This document shows, piece after piece, positions 19,390 to 28,537 of a DNA stretch of 64,000 bases (positions within the stretch are counted from its first letter, which is position 1; every line of letters starts with the position of its first letter). This DNA comes from Clostridiales bacterium Firm_09 (lineage in GTDB: Bacteria > Bacillota > Clostridia > Christensenellales > DTU072): positions 40,646-104,645 of the forward strand of contig LVAO01000008.1 of NCBI GenBank assembly GCA_001604065.1, read 5' to 3'. Both the position numbers and the translations under genes were made by a program. The notes under the pieces were generated by a model that searched no databases, had not been told where the DNA came from, and saw nothing but the letters and a program-made list of their open reading frames with translations.

Positions 19390-21174
19390 TTATGGACGCC
19401 CGGGGCCTCCCGGTCCTCCGCCTCCGGGAGTTCCCGCTGTCGTTGTCCTCGAAGTGACCTGGACAGAATAAACAAGTGTGCCGCCTTGGGCTTCCGAATA
19501 AATACCGCCGAAGCTTTCGCCCGAGACGGCGCCGCCTTTACAGATCTGATAGCTTCCTTTTTGAATGTCGGGCGAGGACAATGTCAACTGCGCCATGTTT
19601 TTGGAGGATACAAAGCAGAGGACCAGGTTGCCGGCACTATCATAAAGAGAGACCGGCGTGTTCGCTGCAAGAGAAGAGGAGAAATATACAGAAATGGAAT
19701 AGAGCGTCGAGGCTCCGGAAGGGAGCTGCACCATTCCTGCGCTGCCTCCCGCGGCAAGGATTCCTCCCGTCATGACAAAGGTGCCGTCATAATCCAGAGA
19801 GCCGTTGTCGTTTGCGAGAGGGCCGTCAACAGCAAGAAGTCCGCCGGACATCGTGATGCTGCCATTCGCATCCACACCATCGCCGGAAGAATTGATAAAG
19901 ATTTTGCCGCCGGTAATGTTGAGGCTGCAATTGCTTACGGATTGGCTATAGACGCCTTGTCCGGGTCTTCCCGCGGGAGAAGAGGCAGTGCCGCCCGCCG
20001 CATTGATTCCGTCATCGCTAGAAACAAGGGTTATTTCTCCTCCGGCAATATGAATCACTTGGCTTTCGATGCCTTCATAGCATTTTGAGATGTGAATCGA
20101 TCCGTCTGACACCGCAAGGTAGCTGTCTGCGTGTATGCCGTCATCCGCGGTACTGATTTCAAAGCTTCCTCCGCCGATATTGACGCTGTTATCGGAATGA
20201 ATGGCATCGTCAGCGCAGTTCAAAGCAATGCTACCGCCCGAAACGCTGATATCAAGAGGTGCCTTAAGCCCCTTGCCGGTTTCTTTTGCAACAGCACTGC
20301 CTCCGCCGGCAAGGATGGAGAGAGTGCCTTCTGTTATCAGGATAGAGCTTTCTGCCTGCACGCCGTCCGCCGCGGCTGTAAGACGGATCTCACCGCCGAG
20401 GATGGCAAGAAAGCCTTTGCCGGTGTCCGTATTGGTTGCCTTAAGCCCATCGCCGCCCGCAAGAACGGTAAGGACTCCGCCTTTAACATAGAATGCATCC
20501 CGCCCGGTAATGCCGTCATCCACAGCGTCTACGTTGAGAGTGCCTTCTATAATTTTCAGATCATCCTTGCATTTGATGCCGTCATTGTAATTTGCATCAA
20601 TAGTCAGTGCACCTGTTCCGTTGATGGTGAGATCGCAATCCGAAAACAGCGCGGCGTCCGGTTCTTCGGCACCTGCCGCCAAAGTATAGGAGCTTCCGTC
20701 AATCAGATAGTTTTGGGTATCCGGAACAAGTGAAAGAATGACCTTATCTGCAGATTTTATATAAATCGCCGGATGGTCGGGACAGGTAATCGACGCGCCG
20801 GACAGATACAAAATCACCGTAGATGTTTTTGCGGCGTTCACAACAAGCTGTCCGTTGAGCAGCGTACCCGAGACCAGGTAGGAGCCGGCATTGGTGATGG
20901 TTGCTTTTGTGCCCGATACGCTTACGGTTGCGTCGGCGGTGATGGCAGTTTCGTTCAGCGTGATATGTGCGGCAGAATCAGGAGCATGATAGGAATCGTT
21001 CTCATCAAAGGTATCTTCGGTTATTTCTATGGGGCTGTCCGCAATCACATCATTGGTTGTTCCGCTGCTGTCTTCCGTTGTTTTGTCCGAATCGGTCGTA
21101 TTGCAGCCGGACAAAGAAAACAGAAGCATAAACGACGCCAGCAGCGCAATCATCTTTATGAAGAAATTTTTCAT
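19390..21174 (-). CDS. Secreted lipoprotein with Cthe_2159-type beta-helix repeats (annotated elsewhere as a carbohydrate-binding domain protein)
   Basis: Signal peptide plus lipobox (LFSLSGC). About 500 aa of degenerate repeats of the form GG.I.I.a.DDGI..., and a Gly/Pro tail. The family assignment is from memory of PF14262-like sequences. Confidence 0.6.
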   Translation of the reverse strand: MKNFFIKMIALLASFMLLFSLSGCNTTDSDKTTEDSSGTTNDVIADSPIEITEDTFDENDSYHAPDSAAHITLNETAITADATVSVSGTKATITNAGSYLVSGTLLNGQLVVNAAKTSTVILYLSGASITCPDHPAIYIKSADKVILSLVPDTQNYLIDGSSYTLAAGAEEPDAALFSDCDLTINGTGALTIDANYNDGIKCKDDLKIIEGTLNVDAVDDGITGRDAFYVKGGVLTVLAGGDGLKATNTDTGKGFLAILGGEIRLTAAADGVQAESSILITEGTLSILAGGGSAVAKETGKGLKAPLDISVSGGSIALNCADDAIHSDNSVNIGGGSFEISTADDGIHADSYLAVSDGSIHISKCYEGIESQVIHIAGGEITLVSSDDGINAAGGTASSPAGRPGQGVYSQSVSNCSLNITGGKIFINSSGDGVDANGSITMSGGLLAVDGPLANDNGSLDYDGTFVMTGGILAAGGSAGMVQLPSGASTLYSISVYFSSSLAANTPVSLYDSAGNLVLCFVSSKNMAQLTLSSPDIQKGSYQICKGGAVSGESFGGIYSEAQGGTLVYSVQVTSRTTTAGTPGGGGPGGPGRP

Positions 21175-21175
21175 A

Positions 21176-21844
21176 TCACAGTTCCTCTTGAACAGTTTGC
21201 TTGGTGCCGCAGACGATGCTCAGGTTGCCGTTGCGGCAGCGCAGTTCGTCAAGCATTGCTTTTTCACGGATGCCGGGTTTTTCGACAAGCTCATAGGTCA
21301 GTTCAAACATGCTTCCCATATTGGTGGTCTTCACTTTGACGAGTACGGCGGAGCGGGTATATTTTTTGAAGATATCATCGAATACGTCGGTATAATCAAG
21401 GTCTTCGGGAATGACGATCTTGAGATGCTTTTCTTTGCTCTTTATTTCTCCGAATTTTGTTTTATACAGGATGAGCATGGCTGCGCACACGATGGCCGTA
21501 AACAATGCGGCGAACGTAAGATAACCCGTTCCGGTCGCGAGTCCGATGGCCATCGCAAAAAACACCGATACGATTTCTTTGGCGCCGCCCGGAATCGTGC
21601 GGAAGCGGATGATGCTGAAGGCACCCATGACGGCGACGCCGACGCCAAGATTGCCATTGACCATCATGATGACGGTCTGGACAATGGCGGGCAGAAGCAC
21701 CAGCGAAACGCTGAGCGACTTGGTGGCGCGTCCTTGCGCAAGGTTGACGAGGGAGACGGCAAGTCCCAGGACAAGCGATACTGCGGTGCAAAGCAGCGCA
21801 TCGGTAAAAGTGATACCTGCTGAATCAATTATGCTTGAAAACAT
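21176..21844 (-). CDS. DUF4956-family integral membrane protein
   Basis: Four to five hydrophobic segments, the conserved-looking GAFSIIRFRT motif and a soluble C-terminal domain of about 90 aa. GGAAGGAG SD. 1-nt gap to the next gene. Confidence 0.6.
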   Translation of the reverse strand: MFSSIIDSAGITFTDALLCTAVSLVLGLAVSLVNLAQGRATKSLSVSLVLLPAIVQTVIMMVNGNLGVGVAVMGAFSIIRFRTIPGGAKEIVSVFFAMAIGLATGTGYLTFAALFTAIVCAAMLILYKTKFGEIKSKEKHLKIVIPEDLDYTDVFDDIFKKYTRSAVLVKVKTTNMGSMFELTYELVEKPGIREKAMLDELRCRNGNLSIVCGTKQTVQEEL

Positions 21845-21847
21845 ATT

Positions 21848-22567
21848 TTATAGAACTCCTTCCAGTGAATTTTGCGGCAGAGAACCATTCTTTTCGGATT
21901 TGTAGAATTCTCCGTATTTCGAAAAACCTGCGGGATATATTTTATTTTTGGACAAAAGGCCGGTCAGCCACAATGGGAAAGCGGTATCCGTTTTGATTTC
22001 CATTATCCGCTGCCCCGGTGAAAGCAGCGGAGAGCCAAAAACGCCCTCGGTAAGCGAAAGCCTGTTTGTTCTGCATAGGATATCGGTGTCGAAGGTCACG
22101 CGGAGACCGTCGCTGCCCGCATAAGCTTCGCGCTTGTAAGATAAAAAAAGTTTGGGCCGGAGTCCGTACAGCTTCACAAGATAGTCAATTTCGGCCATTT
22201 TCTGACCGCCGGAAGAAGGAAGAATATCTTGATTTATATACGCTTCGGCCTCCTCCAGTGTAAGAGAAACACGGCGTTTGGCAACCATGCCGTCATATTT
22301 TCTCTTGATTTCAAGAAATACCTTGTCGCCCGGCGAAGGGACGCCGTAAGAGCGCAGGCGGAGTTTCTCTTTATAGAACGGCTTGTCCAAAGAGTTGCGT
22401 ATCAGATCGAAATTGTTATTGTCAAAATAGAGATTGCAGATTGTGTATGTTGGAAAATCATCCGGGCGGAGATGTGCCGTGAGTTCCGGCAGGATCCGTA
22501 AAAAGACGTTTTCGGACAGAATATATTTGATTTCTTTTCTCAGAAAAACGAGTTTTGTGGACGCCAT
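21848..22567 (-). CDS. VTC-domain (triphosphate tunnel / polyphosphate-polymerase-like) protein
   Basis: 239 aa. N-terminal LRKEIKYIL carries the E-x-K tunnel signature. Alternating charged beta-strand pattern (KLRLRSY, FLEIKRK, KRRV, MEIKTD), typical of CYTH/VTC. AAGGAG SD. Confidence 0.65.
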   Translation of the reverse strand: MASTKLVFLRKEIKYILSENVFLRILPELTAHLRPDDFPTYTICNLYFDNNNFDLIRNSLDKPFYKEKLRLRSYGVPSPGDKVFLEIKRKYDGMVAKRRVSLTLEEAEAYINQDILPSSGGQKMAEIDYLVKLYGLRPKLFLSYKREAYAGSDGLRVTFDTDILCRTNRLSLTEGVFGSPLLSPGQRIMEIKTDTAFPLWLTGLLSKNKIYPAGFSKYGEFYKSEKNGSLPQNSLEGVL

Positions 22568-22710
22568 ATCTTCTCCTTGCCGAAAAGCATAATCTTCTCT
22601 TGTGTCTGCAAGATGAAGTTTTCAAGCGTTTTTATGAAAATTATAAAAAAATTGCTTTGTCTGCAGGTTGTCGAAAACAAAAAAGTATCAGATGAGCTTC
22701 ACTTTGTGTA

Positions 22711-23520
22711 TCATGGATGTTCATACGGCTTATAAACAGAAAGATTGAACGAGAGGATGGTTTCTATCTCAGGAAGAGAGAGGATCTTTGCAAGCGCATC
22801 GGGAGAGGTTTTATAATAATAGGGGGTCATCCTGAGAAGCGCTTCGATTTCATCTCCCGCTGCATGGAAGGTCTGCGCAACAATTTCACGGGAAACCAGC
22901 AGAAAGCCTTCTGGATCGAAGGACACTTCGGGGTTTTTATAAGGATGTTCGTAAAGAAGCTCTTTGAGCTGCCAAAGATGATCCGGCGCGGGGACAATCT
23001 TGATGAGCGAACCGCATGGGGATAGAACGCGGCGCAATTCGTTCAGCTCGATTGGCGCAAAGGTGTTTATGAAGACATCCACGGACTTGTCCGCAAGCGG
23101 GATTGCCGCGCTGGAGGCGACGATGTAGAGATTGTCTTTGCATCGTCTGGCGGCCGCATCGGCGGCATATTTGGAAATATCAATGCCGATGCATTGCGAT
23201 TCAGGATAGCGCTCTTTTATGATTCGGGTGAGATATCCCTCTCCGCAGCCGATATCGGCGACTGCCGCATGGGGCAGATCGTTTAATTTCGCCAGTACCG
23301 CTTCGCCCAGCTTTTTATAATAACCGCAGTCCATCATTCTTGCCCGGGATGCAATCATATCGGGATTATCGCCGGGATCTTTTGTTTTTTTGGCATTTGC
23401 GGGAAGAAGATTGACATAACCGCTTTTTGCAACATCATAGCAATGACGGGCCGGACAAAACCAGCTTTTGTTTTCGCGGTGCAGCATTCTGCCGCAGACA
23501 GGGCACTTGATTCTTTCCAT
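22711..23520 (-). CDS. rlmA: 23S rRNA (guanine-N1)-methyltransferase RlmA
   Basis: N-terminal Zn-ribbon CPVCGR...WFCPARHCYDVAKSGYVNLLP followed by the SAM motif DIGCGEGY. Confidence 0.85.
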   Translation of the reverse strand: MERIKCPVCGRMLHRENKSWFCPARHCYDVAKSGYVNLLPANAKKTKDPGDNPDMIASRARMMDCGYYKKLGEAVLAKLNDLPHAAVADIGCGEGYLTRIIKERYPESQCIGIDISKYAADAAARRCKDNLYIVASSAAIPLADKSVDVFINTFAPIELNELRRVLSPCGSLIKIVPAPDHLWQLKELLYEHPYKNPEVSFDPEGFLLVSREIVAQTFHAAGDEIEALLRMTPYYYKTSPDALAKILSLPEIETILSFNLSVYKPYEHP

Positions 23521-23603
23521 ACAGGCATTGTATCACATTGTTGGCAAGATATGACAGTATCCAAAACAAAAATTCATGCTACAATGAACGTACTAAGGAA
23601 GAA

Positions 23604-24479
23604 ATGAAGGATAAACGATTATTCAAATTTGTTGTTGCGTGGATGACGATCGTGTCCTTGCTCATGCTTACGGCCTGCGGCAGCTCCGCGGATGCAGAGG
23701 AACAGGACACCGGATTCATAGAAGAAACGCCTTCCGGAGGAACAGATCCGGAAGAAGAAGCGCAAATGCCGGACTCTTCCGGCTCGCAGGACATTCCGAA
23801 TTCTACGGAAGATCCTGTTCAGCCGCCGCAAGAAGCCGAAGCGAAAACAGTGTACATACGTTCTCTGATCACCGGACTCAATGTGCGGTCCGGAGCGGGA
23901 AGCTCTTATTCTTCTGTGGGGAAACTGGATAACGGCGATATGACGCTTTATCTCGGCAAAGAAGGCAACTGGTACCGCACCTATTACAGAGGCAAGACGG
24001 CGTATATCTCGGCATTGTATTCCGAATTATATGAAATGCAATCCGCATCCGAAGCGACGGAGGCTGTGCTTTATATAGGGGCAAAGCTGTTGGGGACTCC
24101 GTATGTCTACGGTGCGCAGCGCCTCCATTACGGAGACGGCATTCTCAACAAGAATTTCAATATCAATCAATTTGATTGCTCGTCCTATACGCAATATATG
24201 TTTTTCTACGGCGCAGACGTGTTGCTGAATACAACAACGAGAACACAGATCACTCAAGGTGTTCATGTCGATAAGAAGGATATCCAAAGAGGAGATCTGC
24301 TGTTTTTTACCAACGCTTCACGGTATTATAATACCGGAATCGAGCGCGTGGGACATGTGGCGGTCTATCTCGGGGACAACTATATTCTGCACACCGCATC
24401 GGATTTTGCCGTCATAGAAAAGATTTCGTCTGCAAGATGGGGATATTTTATCGAAGCGAGACGAATACCCGGGCTATAA
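23604..24479 (+). CDS. Lipoprotein with SH3 domain and NlpC/P60 peptidoglycan endopeptidase domain
   Basis: Lipobox LMLTACGS, SH3-like LNVRSGAGSSYSSVGKL, and NlpC/P60 core FDCSSYTQYMF ... GHVAVYLG ... HTAS. The ATG at 23604 follows AAGGAAG. Confidence 0.85.
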   Translation: MKDKRLFKFVVAWMTIVSLLMLTACGSSADAEEQDTGFIEETPSGGTDPEEEAQMPDSSGSQDIPNSTEDPVQPPQEAEAKTVYIRSLITGLNVRSGAGSSYSSVGKLDNGDMTLYLGKEGNWYRTYYRGKTAYISALYSELYEMQSASEATEAVLYIGAKLLGTPYVYGAQRLHYGDGILNKNFNINQFDCSSYTQYMFFYGADVLLNTTTRTQITQGVHVDKKDIQRGDLLFFTNASRYYNTGIERVGHVAVYLGDNYILHTASDFAVIEKISSARWGYFIEARRIPGL

Positions 24480-24492
24480 AATAAACGGCGCT

Positions 24493-25854
24493 TCAGTTTT
24501 TTGAGCCTTCACGGAAGTTGCTGACGATCGATACGTCCAATCCCTCTTTGACAAGACGGGTGAAGAACTGCTTTTCAATTTTGGTGGAAACCAGCTGGCG
24601 CGTAAATGAGATTACGGTTTTCCCATTGCAGCTGACAATACCGACATTGTCCGGGACCTTGCGGGAGACATTGGGACAGAAAGAAAAAGAGTGAAGGTAT
24701 TTCCCCATCCCTTCGGGCATCGACACCTGACCGAGATTGGAAACAATGACGGTCTGCTTGGTATGGAAGCTGAAAAGCTTGGAAAGCTTGACAATAAGCG
24801 TTTTGAGGGGCAAGGGAATCAGTTTGACATACCATTTGCGCACCAGGAAGGAGGAGAGGCTGATTTTGTCGAGAAGGCGTTCTTTGTCAATGGCCGCAGA
24901 AAGCTGTTTTTGAACCTCATCGCAATAGGCCTGGGGATGGAGGGGGATTGCAACGGGATTGATGTAGGCTTTGACCAGCGTCGTAAAATTTCGGAGCGTT
25001 TTGCTCGGGAAAATGCGCCGGAGGTCAACAGGAATCATCGCCGTGATATTTCTTTTCTGGCTATCTTTATAGCAGGTCTCGGCGATTGAAAGAAGGAGAA
25101 GTCCCACAAGATAAGAATTGACGGAACAGTTGCGGCGCTTTGCCGCGGCTTTGAGCGCCGCAGTGTCCACGGTGCCTTGTATCAGCCCGTATCCTATCCG
25201 TTTGAAGCGCCGGCCGCGCAGGGCAAAAGCGTCCTTTCCGGCCATTTCTCCGATGACCCCGCCGAACAAATCAACAGGACGATAATATTTTGTGAAGCCG
25301 TCCTCCTGTTCTTCTTCCGGAACGGCTTCTCCTGCAATCTTGATGCCCTCCGGAGGAGGAGGCGTGTATCCACGTTCGATCACATATTGGTAGACAAGGG
25401 ATTTCAGAAATTCCATAGCGCCTATGCCGTCGCATAGACCATGAAAAAAATCAATATTGATACGGTTCTTATAATAACTGACACGGAAGAGATAATGATT
25501 GTTGGCAGAAAAATTGATCTTTTCAAAAAGAATCCCGTTATCCGGTCTGACAATGGGAGGAAGATTGTTGGTATCAAAAAAATGCCGGAAGAGACCCTTC
25601 CGCAAGACGACATTATATATCGGATAACGGGGAAGAATGTGCCGGACGGCATCAAGCAGGCATTCATCGTCAATATATTCCGTCATTTCTGCGCTCAGCC
25701 GGAAAAGACTCTGCGTCGTTGTCGTAATGCTCATCGGATAGATGACGGCAGAGTTATCCAGGCGGTACCAGATATCTGCGGAAGAGTTGTTGTCCAAAGA
25801 AACCTCTTTTCCCGTGCAGGGCAGGCAAGAATAATATGGCAAATTCCGCTCCAA
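24493..25854 (-). CDS. HxxxD-motif acyltransferase (condensation / alcohol-acetyltransferase-like)
   Basis: WYRLDNSAVIYP N-terminal motif and FFHGLCDGIGA (HxxxD) catalytic motif. No ATG precedes the W-Y-R-L-D-N motif. The likely start is TTG at 25854 or at 25797 (the latter follows AGAGG). Confidence 0.55.
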   Translation of the reverse strand: MERNLPYYSCLPCTGKEVSLDNNSSADIWYRLDNSAVIYPMSITTTTQSLFRLSAEMTEYIDDECLLDAVRHILPRYPIYNVVLRKGLFRHFFDTNNLPPIVRPDNGILFEKINFSANNHYLFRVSYYKNRINIDFFHGLCDGIGAMEFLKSLVYQYVIERGYTPPPPEGIKIAGEAVPEEEQEDGFTKYYRPVDLFGGVIGEMAGKDAFALRGRRFKRIGYGLIQGTVDTAALKAAAKRRNCSVNSYLVGLLLLSIAETCYKDSQKRNITAMIPVDLRRIFPSKTLRNFTTLVKAYINPVAIPLHPQAYCDEVQKQLSAAIDKERLLDKISLSSFLVRKWYVKLIPLPLKTLIVKLSKLFSFHTKQTVIVSNLGQVSMPEGMGKYLHSFSFCPNVSRKVPDNVGIVSCNGKTVISFTRQLVSTKIEKQFFTRLVKEGLDVSIVSNFREGSKN

Positions 25855-25917
25855 TTATACTTTTTCTTGTCATATTAGTCAAACCAAAAAAATACGTTAA
25901 ATAGAGGAGCGCACAAA

Positions 25918-26187
25918 ATGGAAGAGAAAACGATCAATAAAACCCATGCATTCAACTACGACGGCAAACGTCTCAATCTGACCGGCGTCAAGGAAGTTGC
26001 CCATTTTGAAGACAAGGAAGTTGCCGTGAATCTCCAGGACAAAGGGCTGCTCATAAGGGGCAAAGGATTGAACGTGTCAGAATTGAATGTCAATACCGGC
26101 GTGCTTGCAATCGACGGACAGGTGGACAGCATCGCCTATACCGGCTCTACCGAAAAAACGGGATTGCTGAAGAAAATGTTCAGATAA
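25918..26187 (+). CDS. yabP: Sporulation protein YabP
   Basis: 89 aa. LNLTGVKEVAHFEDKEV...LLIRGKGLNVSELNV..GVLAIDGQVDSIAY and the C-terminal LLKKMFR tail are colinear with Bacillus YabP. GAGGAG SD. Confidence 0.85.
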   Translation: MEEKTINKTHAFNYDGKRLNLTGVKEVAHFEDKEVAVNLQDKGLLIRGKGLNVSELNVNTGVLAIDGQVDSIAYTGSTEKTGLLKKMFR

Positions 26188-26188
26188 T

Positions 26189-26536
26189 ATGACCGTGACA
26201 GAAAGCGCCATTCAGCCCCTGCTTTTTCTGATATTTCTGATTGCAGGCGCACTGTACTATCTTCCCAAAATGGTTTTGGGATGGCTTCCCATACGAAAAA
26301 GACTGCCTGTCAGCGTACACCTTCTGGAGGGCATCTGGGGACTGTTTTTTTGCCTCTTCTTCGGCCTCGTCAGCCACTTTGCATACGATGGAAGAATTTC
26401 TTATTATACAATACTCTCTTATCTGGCCGGAACATTGATATCGGCGCTGTTTCTCAAGCTTCCGATGGAAAAGCTGTATCGTTTTATAAAAAAACGCCGG
26501 CAGGAACCACGGCAGAAAGAAGAAAAAAGAGAATGA
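26189..26536 (+). CDS. yabQ: Spore cortex biosynthesis protein YabQ-like membrane protein
   Basis: Multi-TM 115-aa ORF starting 1 nt after the yabP stop, at the conserved yabP-yabQ position. Confidence 0.6.
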   Translation: MTVTESAIQPLLFLIFLIAGALYYLPKMVLGWLPIRKRLPVSVHLLEGIWGLFFCLFFGLVSHFAYDGRISYYTILSYLAGTLISALFLKLPMEKLYRFIKKRRQEPRQKEEKRE

Positions 26537-26596
26537 TGAAAAATATGTTCATAATTTGCCTTGACAAAACAGCGGACCGGACGATACGATTTTGTC

Positions 26597-27289
26597 ATGG
26601 ACAAAATTTTTGCCGCCATCGGCGGAGGGGAATTAAGAACCAAAAGCACGCTTCCGATTGACAGGGAGCTTGCGGAGATTGCCAAGGCGCGGGCCGGGGA
26701 GAGACGTGCAAATGCGCTGTTTTTACCCACGGCAAGCTATGACAGTCTGCCGTATTTCAATACGTTCCGCAAAACGTACACCACAGAACTGGGCATGAAA
26801 GCCGATGTCGCACTGCTTACAAAAAAGGATGTTCCTCTTGAGAAAAACGCGGCGAAGATAGCTTCGGCGGATCTCATCTATTTGGGCGGAGGCAACACCC
26901 TGCACCTTATCGAAGTGATACGCGCGCGCGGCATAGATAAACTGCTCTGGGAAGCGTATGAGCGAGGTGCGGTCCTTACCGGGCTTTCCGCAGGCGGCAT
27001 CTGCTGGTTTGAGAAGATGTATTCGGATGCGGAGAAAGAGCGGGAAGAAGAAAATTATAAGATATTTGACGGCTTGGGAAAACTGAAAGGGATGATTTCA
27101 CCGCACTATAACCACAGACAAAAAGACTTTGACAGGGTGCTGGCGGAGACCGGCGGATGCGCGTACGCCGTTGAGGACAATGCGGCGTTGCTCTTTGTCG
27201 ACGGAGTGCCCCGACGTGTCTTGAGCGCGGGAGGATGCGCGTATTTTTTGGAAGCCCGAGAAATGGGCATTGTTAAGAAAAAATTCTGA
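26597..27289 (+). CDS. Peptidase S51 (dipeptidase E-like, class I glutamine-amidotransferase fold)
   Basis: IYLGGGNTLHL ... LTGLSAGGICWFE (nucleophile Ser elbow). Start taken at the ATG at 26597 (MDKIFAAIGGG). Confidence 0.6.
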   Translation: MDKIFAAIGGGELRTKSTLPIDRELAEIAKARAGERRANALFLPTASYDSLPYFNTFRKTYTTELGMKADVALLTKKDVPLEKNAAKIASADLIYLGGGNTLHLIEVIRARGIDKLLWEAYERGAVLTGLSAGGICWFEKMYSDAEKEREEENYKIFDGLGKLKGMISPHYNHRQKDFDRVLAETGGCAYAVEDNAALLFVDGVPRRVLSAGGCAYFLEAREMGIVKKKF

Positions 27290-27350
27290 CAAAGAATTTT
27301 GCAACAGAAAGAGCGCTCCGGAGAGCGCTCTTTTTAGACAGAAGCAGGAA

Positions 27351-28055
27351 TCAAATTTCCTGAAGAACAAATTTTCTCTTGGGATAACAGAACCAGGAAA
27401 GCACCATCGAAAACAGATAGGCGGCGCCGACACAATAATAAGGATAACCTTCTTTGATAACCAGCAACCGGAAGAGACCGTCACCCATGTAATCTACGGC
27501 ACATGCCGCAGCATAGGCGACAAAGGCGAGAATGGCAAAGACGACCACAGGCTGCCACTTTTTGCAGCAAAGACCGACCAGGGCAGAGATAAAGGTCCCA
27601 AGACCAAGGACGGCCGCTGCCAGCAGCAATAGGACGGGAAGATGGTTGCCAAGAACTTCGAAATAGCCGCCAAAGCCGGACACATTGCCAAATGCGCCGA
27701 AGAAATCAGGGATCAGGCTGCCGTTGACATAGAAGAAGAACGCGGAGAGGGCGAGCGCGGCAAGCGCAAACAATCCGGCAAACAGAATGACAGCCTTCTG
27801 GCGTACACGGCGGCGGATGACAGGAGTCTCGGGCTCCGGTGCCTTAGCGGGAACAGCCGGCTGAACGGGTTGCATCCCATAAGGATCATAACCATAGGCC
27901 CCAGCGGGAGCGGCACCCGGCTGTGCAGCCGGAGCAAAAAAGAAAATCGGAGGACGGGCGGCGAGCGCCTGCATATACATCTGGATATAAGGACTGTAAA
28001 AATTATAGGGAACAGTTTTGAAAACCTCATAATTGTTGGGGTTGGTGTTTTCCAT
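27351..28055 (-). CDS. Hypothetical membrane protein with Pro/Ala/Tyr-rich N-terminal region
   Basis: The ATG at 28055 follows AAGGAGA. A low-complexity N-terminus of about 110 aa is followed by four or more hydrophobic segments. I recognise no family. Confidence 0.55.
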   Translation of the reverse strand: MENTNPNNYEVFKTVPYNFYSPYIQMYMQALAARPPIFFFAPAAQPGAAPAGAYGYDPYGMQPVQPAVPAKAPEPETPVIRRRVRQKAVILFAGLFALAALALSAFFFYVNGSLIPDFFGAFGNVSGFGGYFEVLGNHLPVLLLLAAAVLGLGTFISALVGLCCKKWQPVVVFAILAFVAYAAACAVDYMGDGLFRLLVIKEGYPYYCVGAAYLFSMVLSWFCYPKRKFVLQEI

Positions 28056-28065
28056 GGTGTTCTCC

Positions 28066-28275
28066 TTATTCTTCTTCATCAAACATTGCCAAAGGCTGCA
28101 GCTGCGTGCTGTAAGGAACAATGGGCAATGGCTGGACGATGGGAGTGAGTTGTATAAAATCGGCAGGTCTTGCCACCGGAACCGGAGCACAGTTGTTCAT
28201 CACGCGAAAAGATACGGATGGCCTGCGGACAAGGGGTTGCGGATCCGCCTGAATATCCTGTTTTTTCTTTGCCAT
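28066..28275 (-). CDS. Hypothetical small Pro/Val/Gln-rich protein (69 aa)
   Basis: Strong GGAGGAAGT SD 4 nt before the ATG. The stop lies 10 nt before the next gene's ATG, suggesting co-translation. Confidence 0.5.
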   Translation of the reverse strand: MAKKKQDIQADPQPLVRRPSVSFRVMNNCAPVPVARPADFIQLTPIVQPLPIVPYSTQLQPLAMFDEEE

Positions 28276-28537
28276 ACTTCCTCCAAAAAAACATCAAAAA
28301 TTCTGCATGAAAAAAATCCCGCGCAGTATAAAAATATTATATTGCATCATAACCAGGTTGTCAATAGACAAAAGAAAACTGGCGGAAAAAGGCGAGAAAG
28401 CACCGGATTTTCTCCAAAAAGACATTATTGGAGGATGGTCCTTTTTTCATCGGATTTGTTTTTCACATAGACAGACAAACGGTAGTCTTTATCAAGCGTG
28501 CACAGAAGCGCGGCATGAAGAGAGAGATTCTGTTTTT

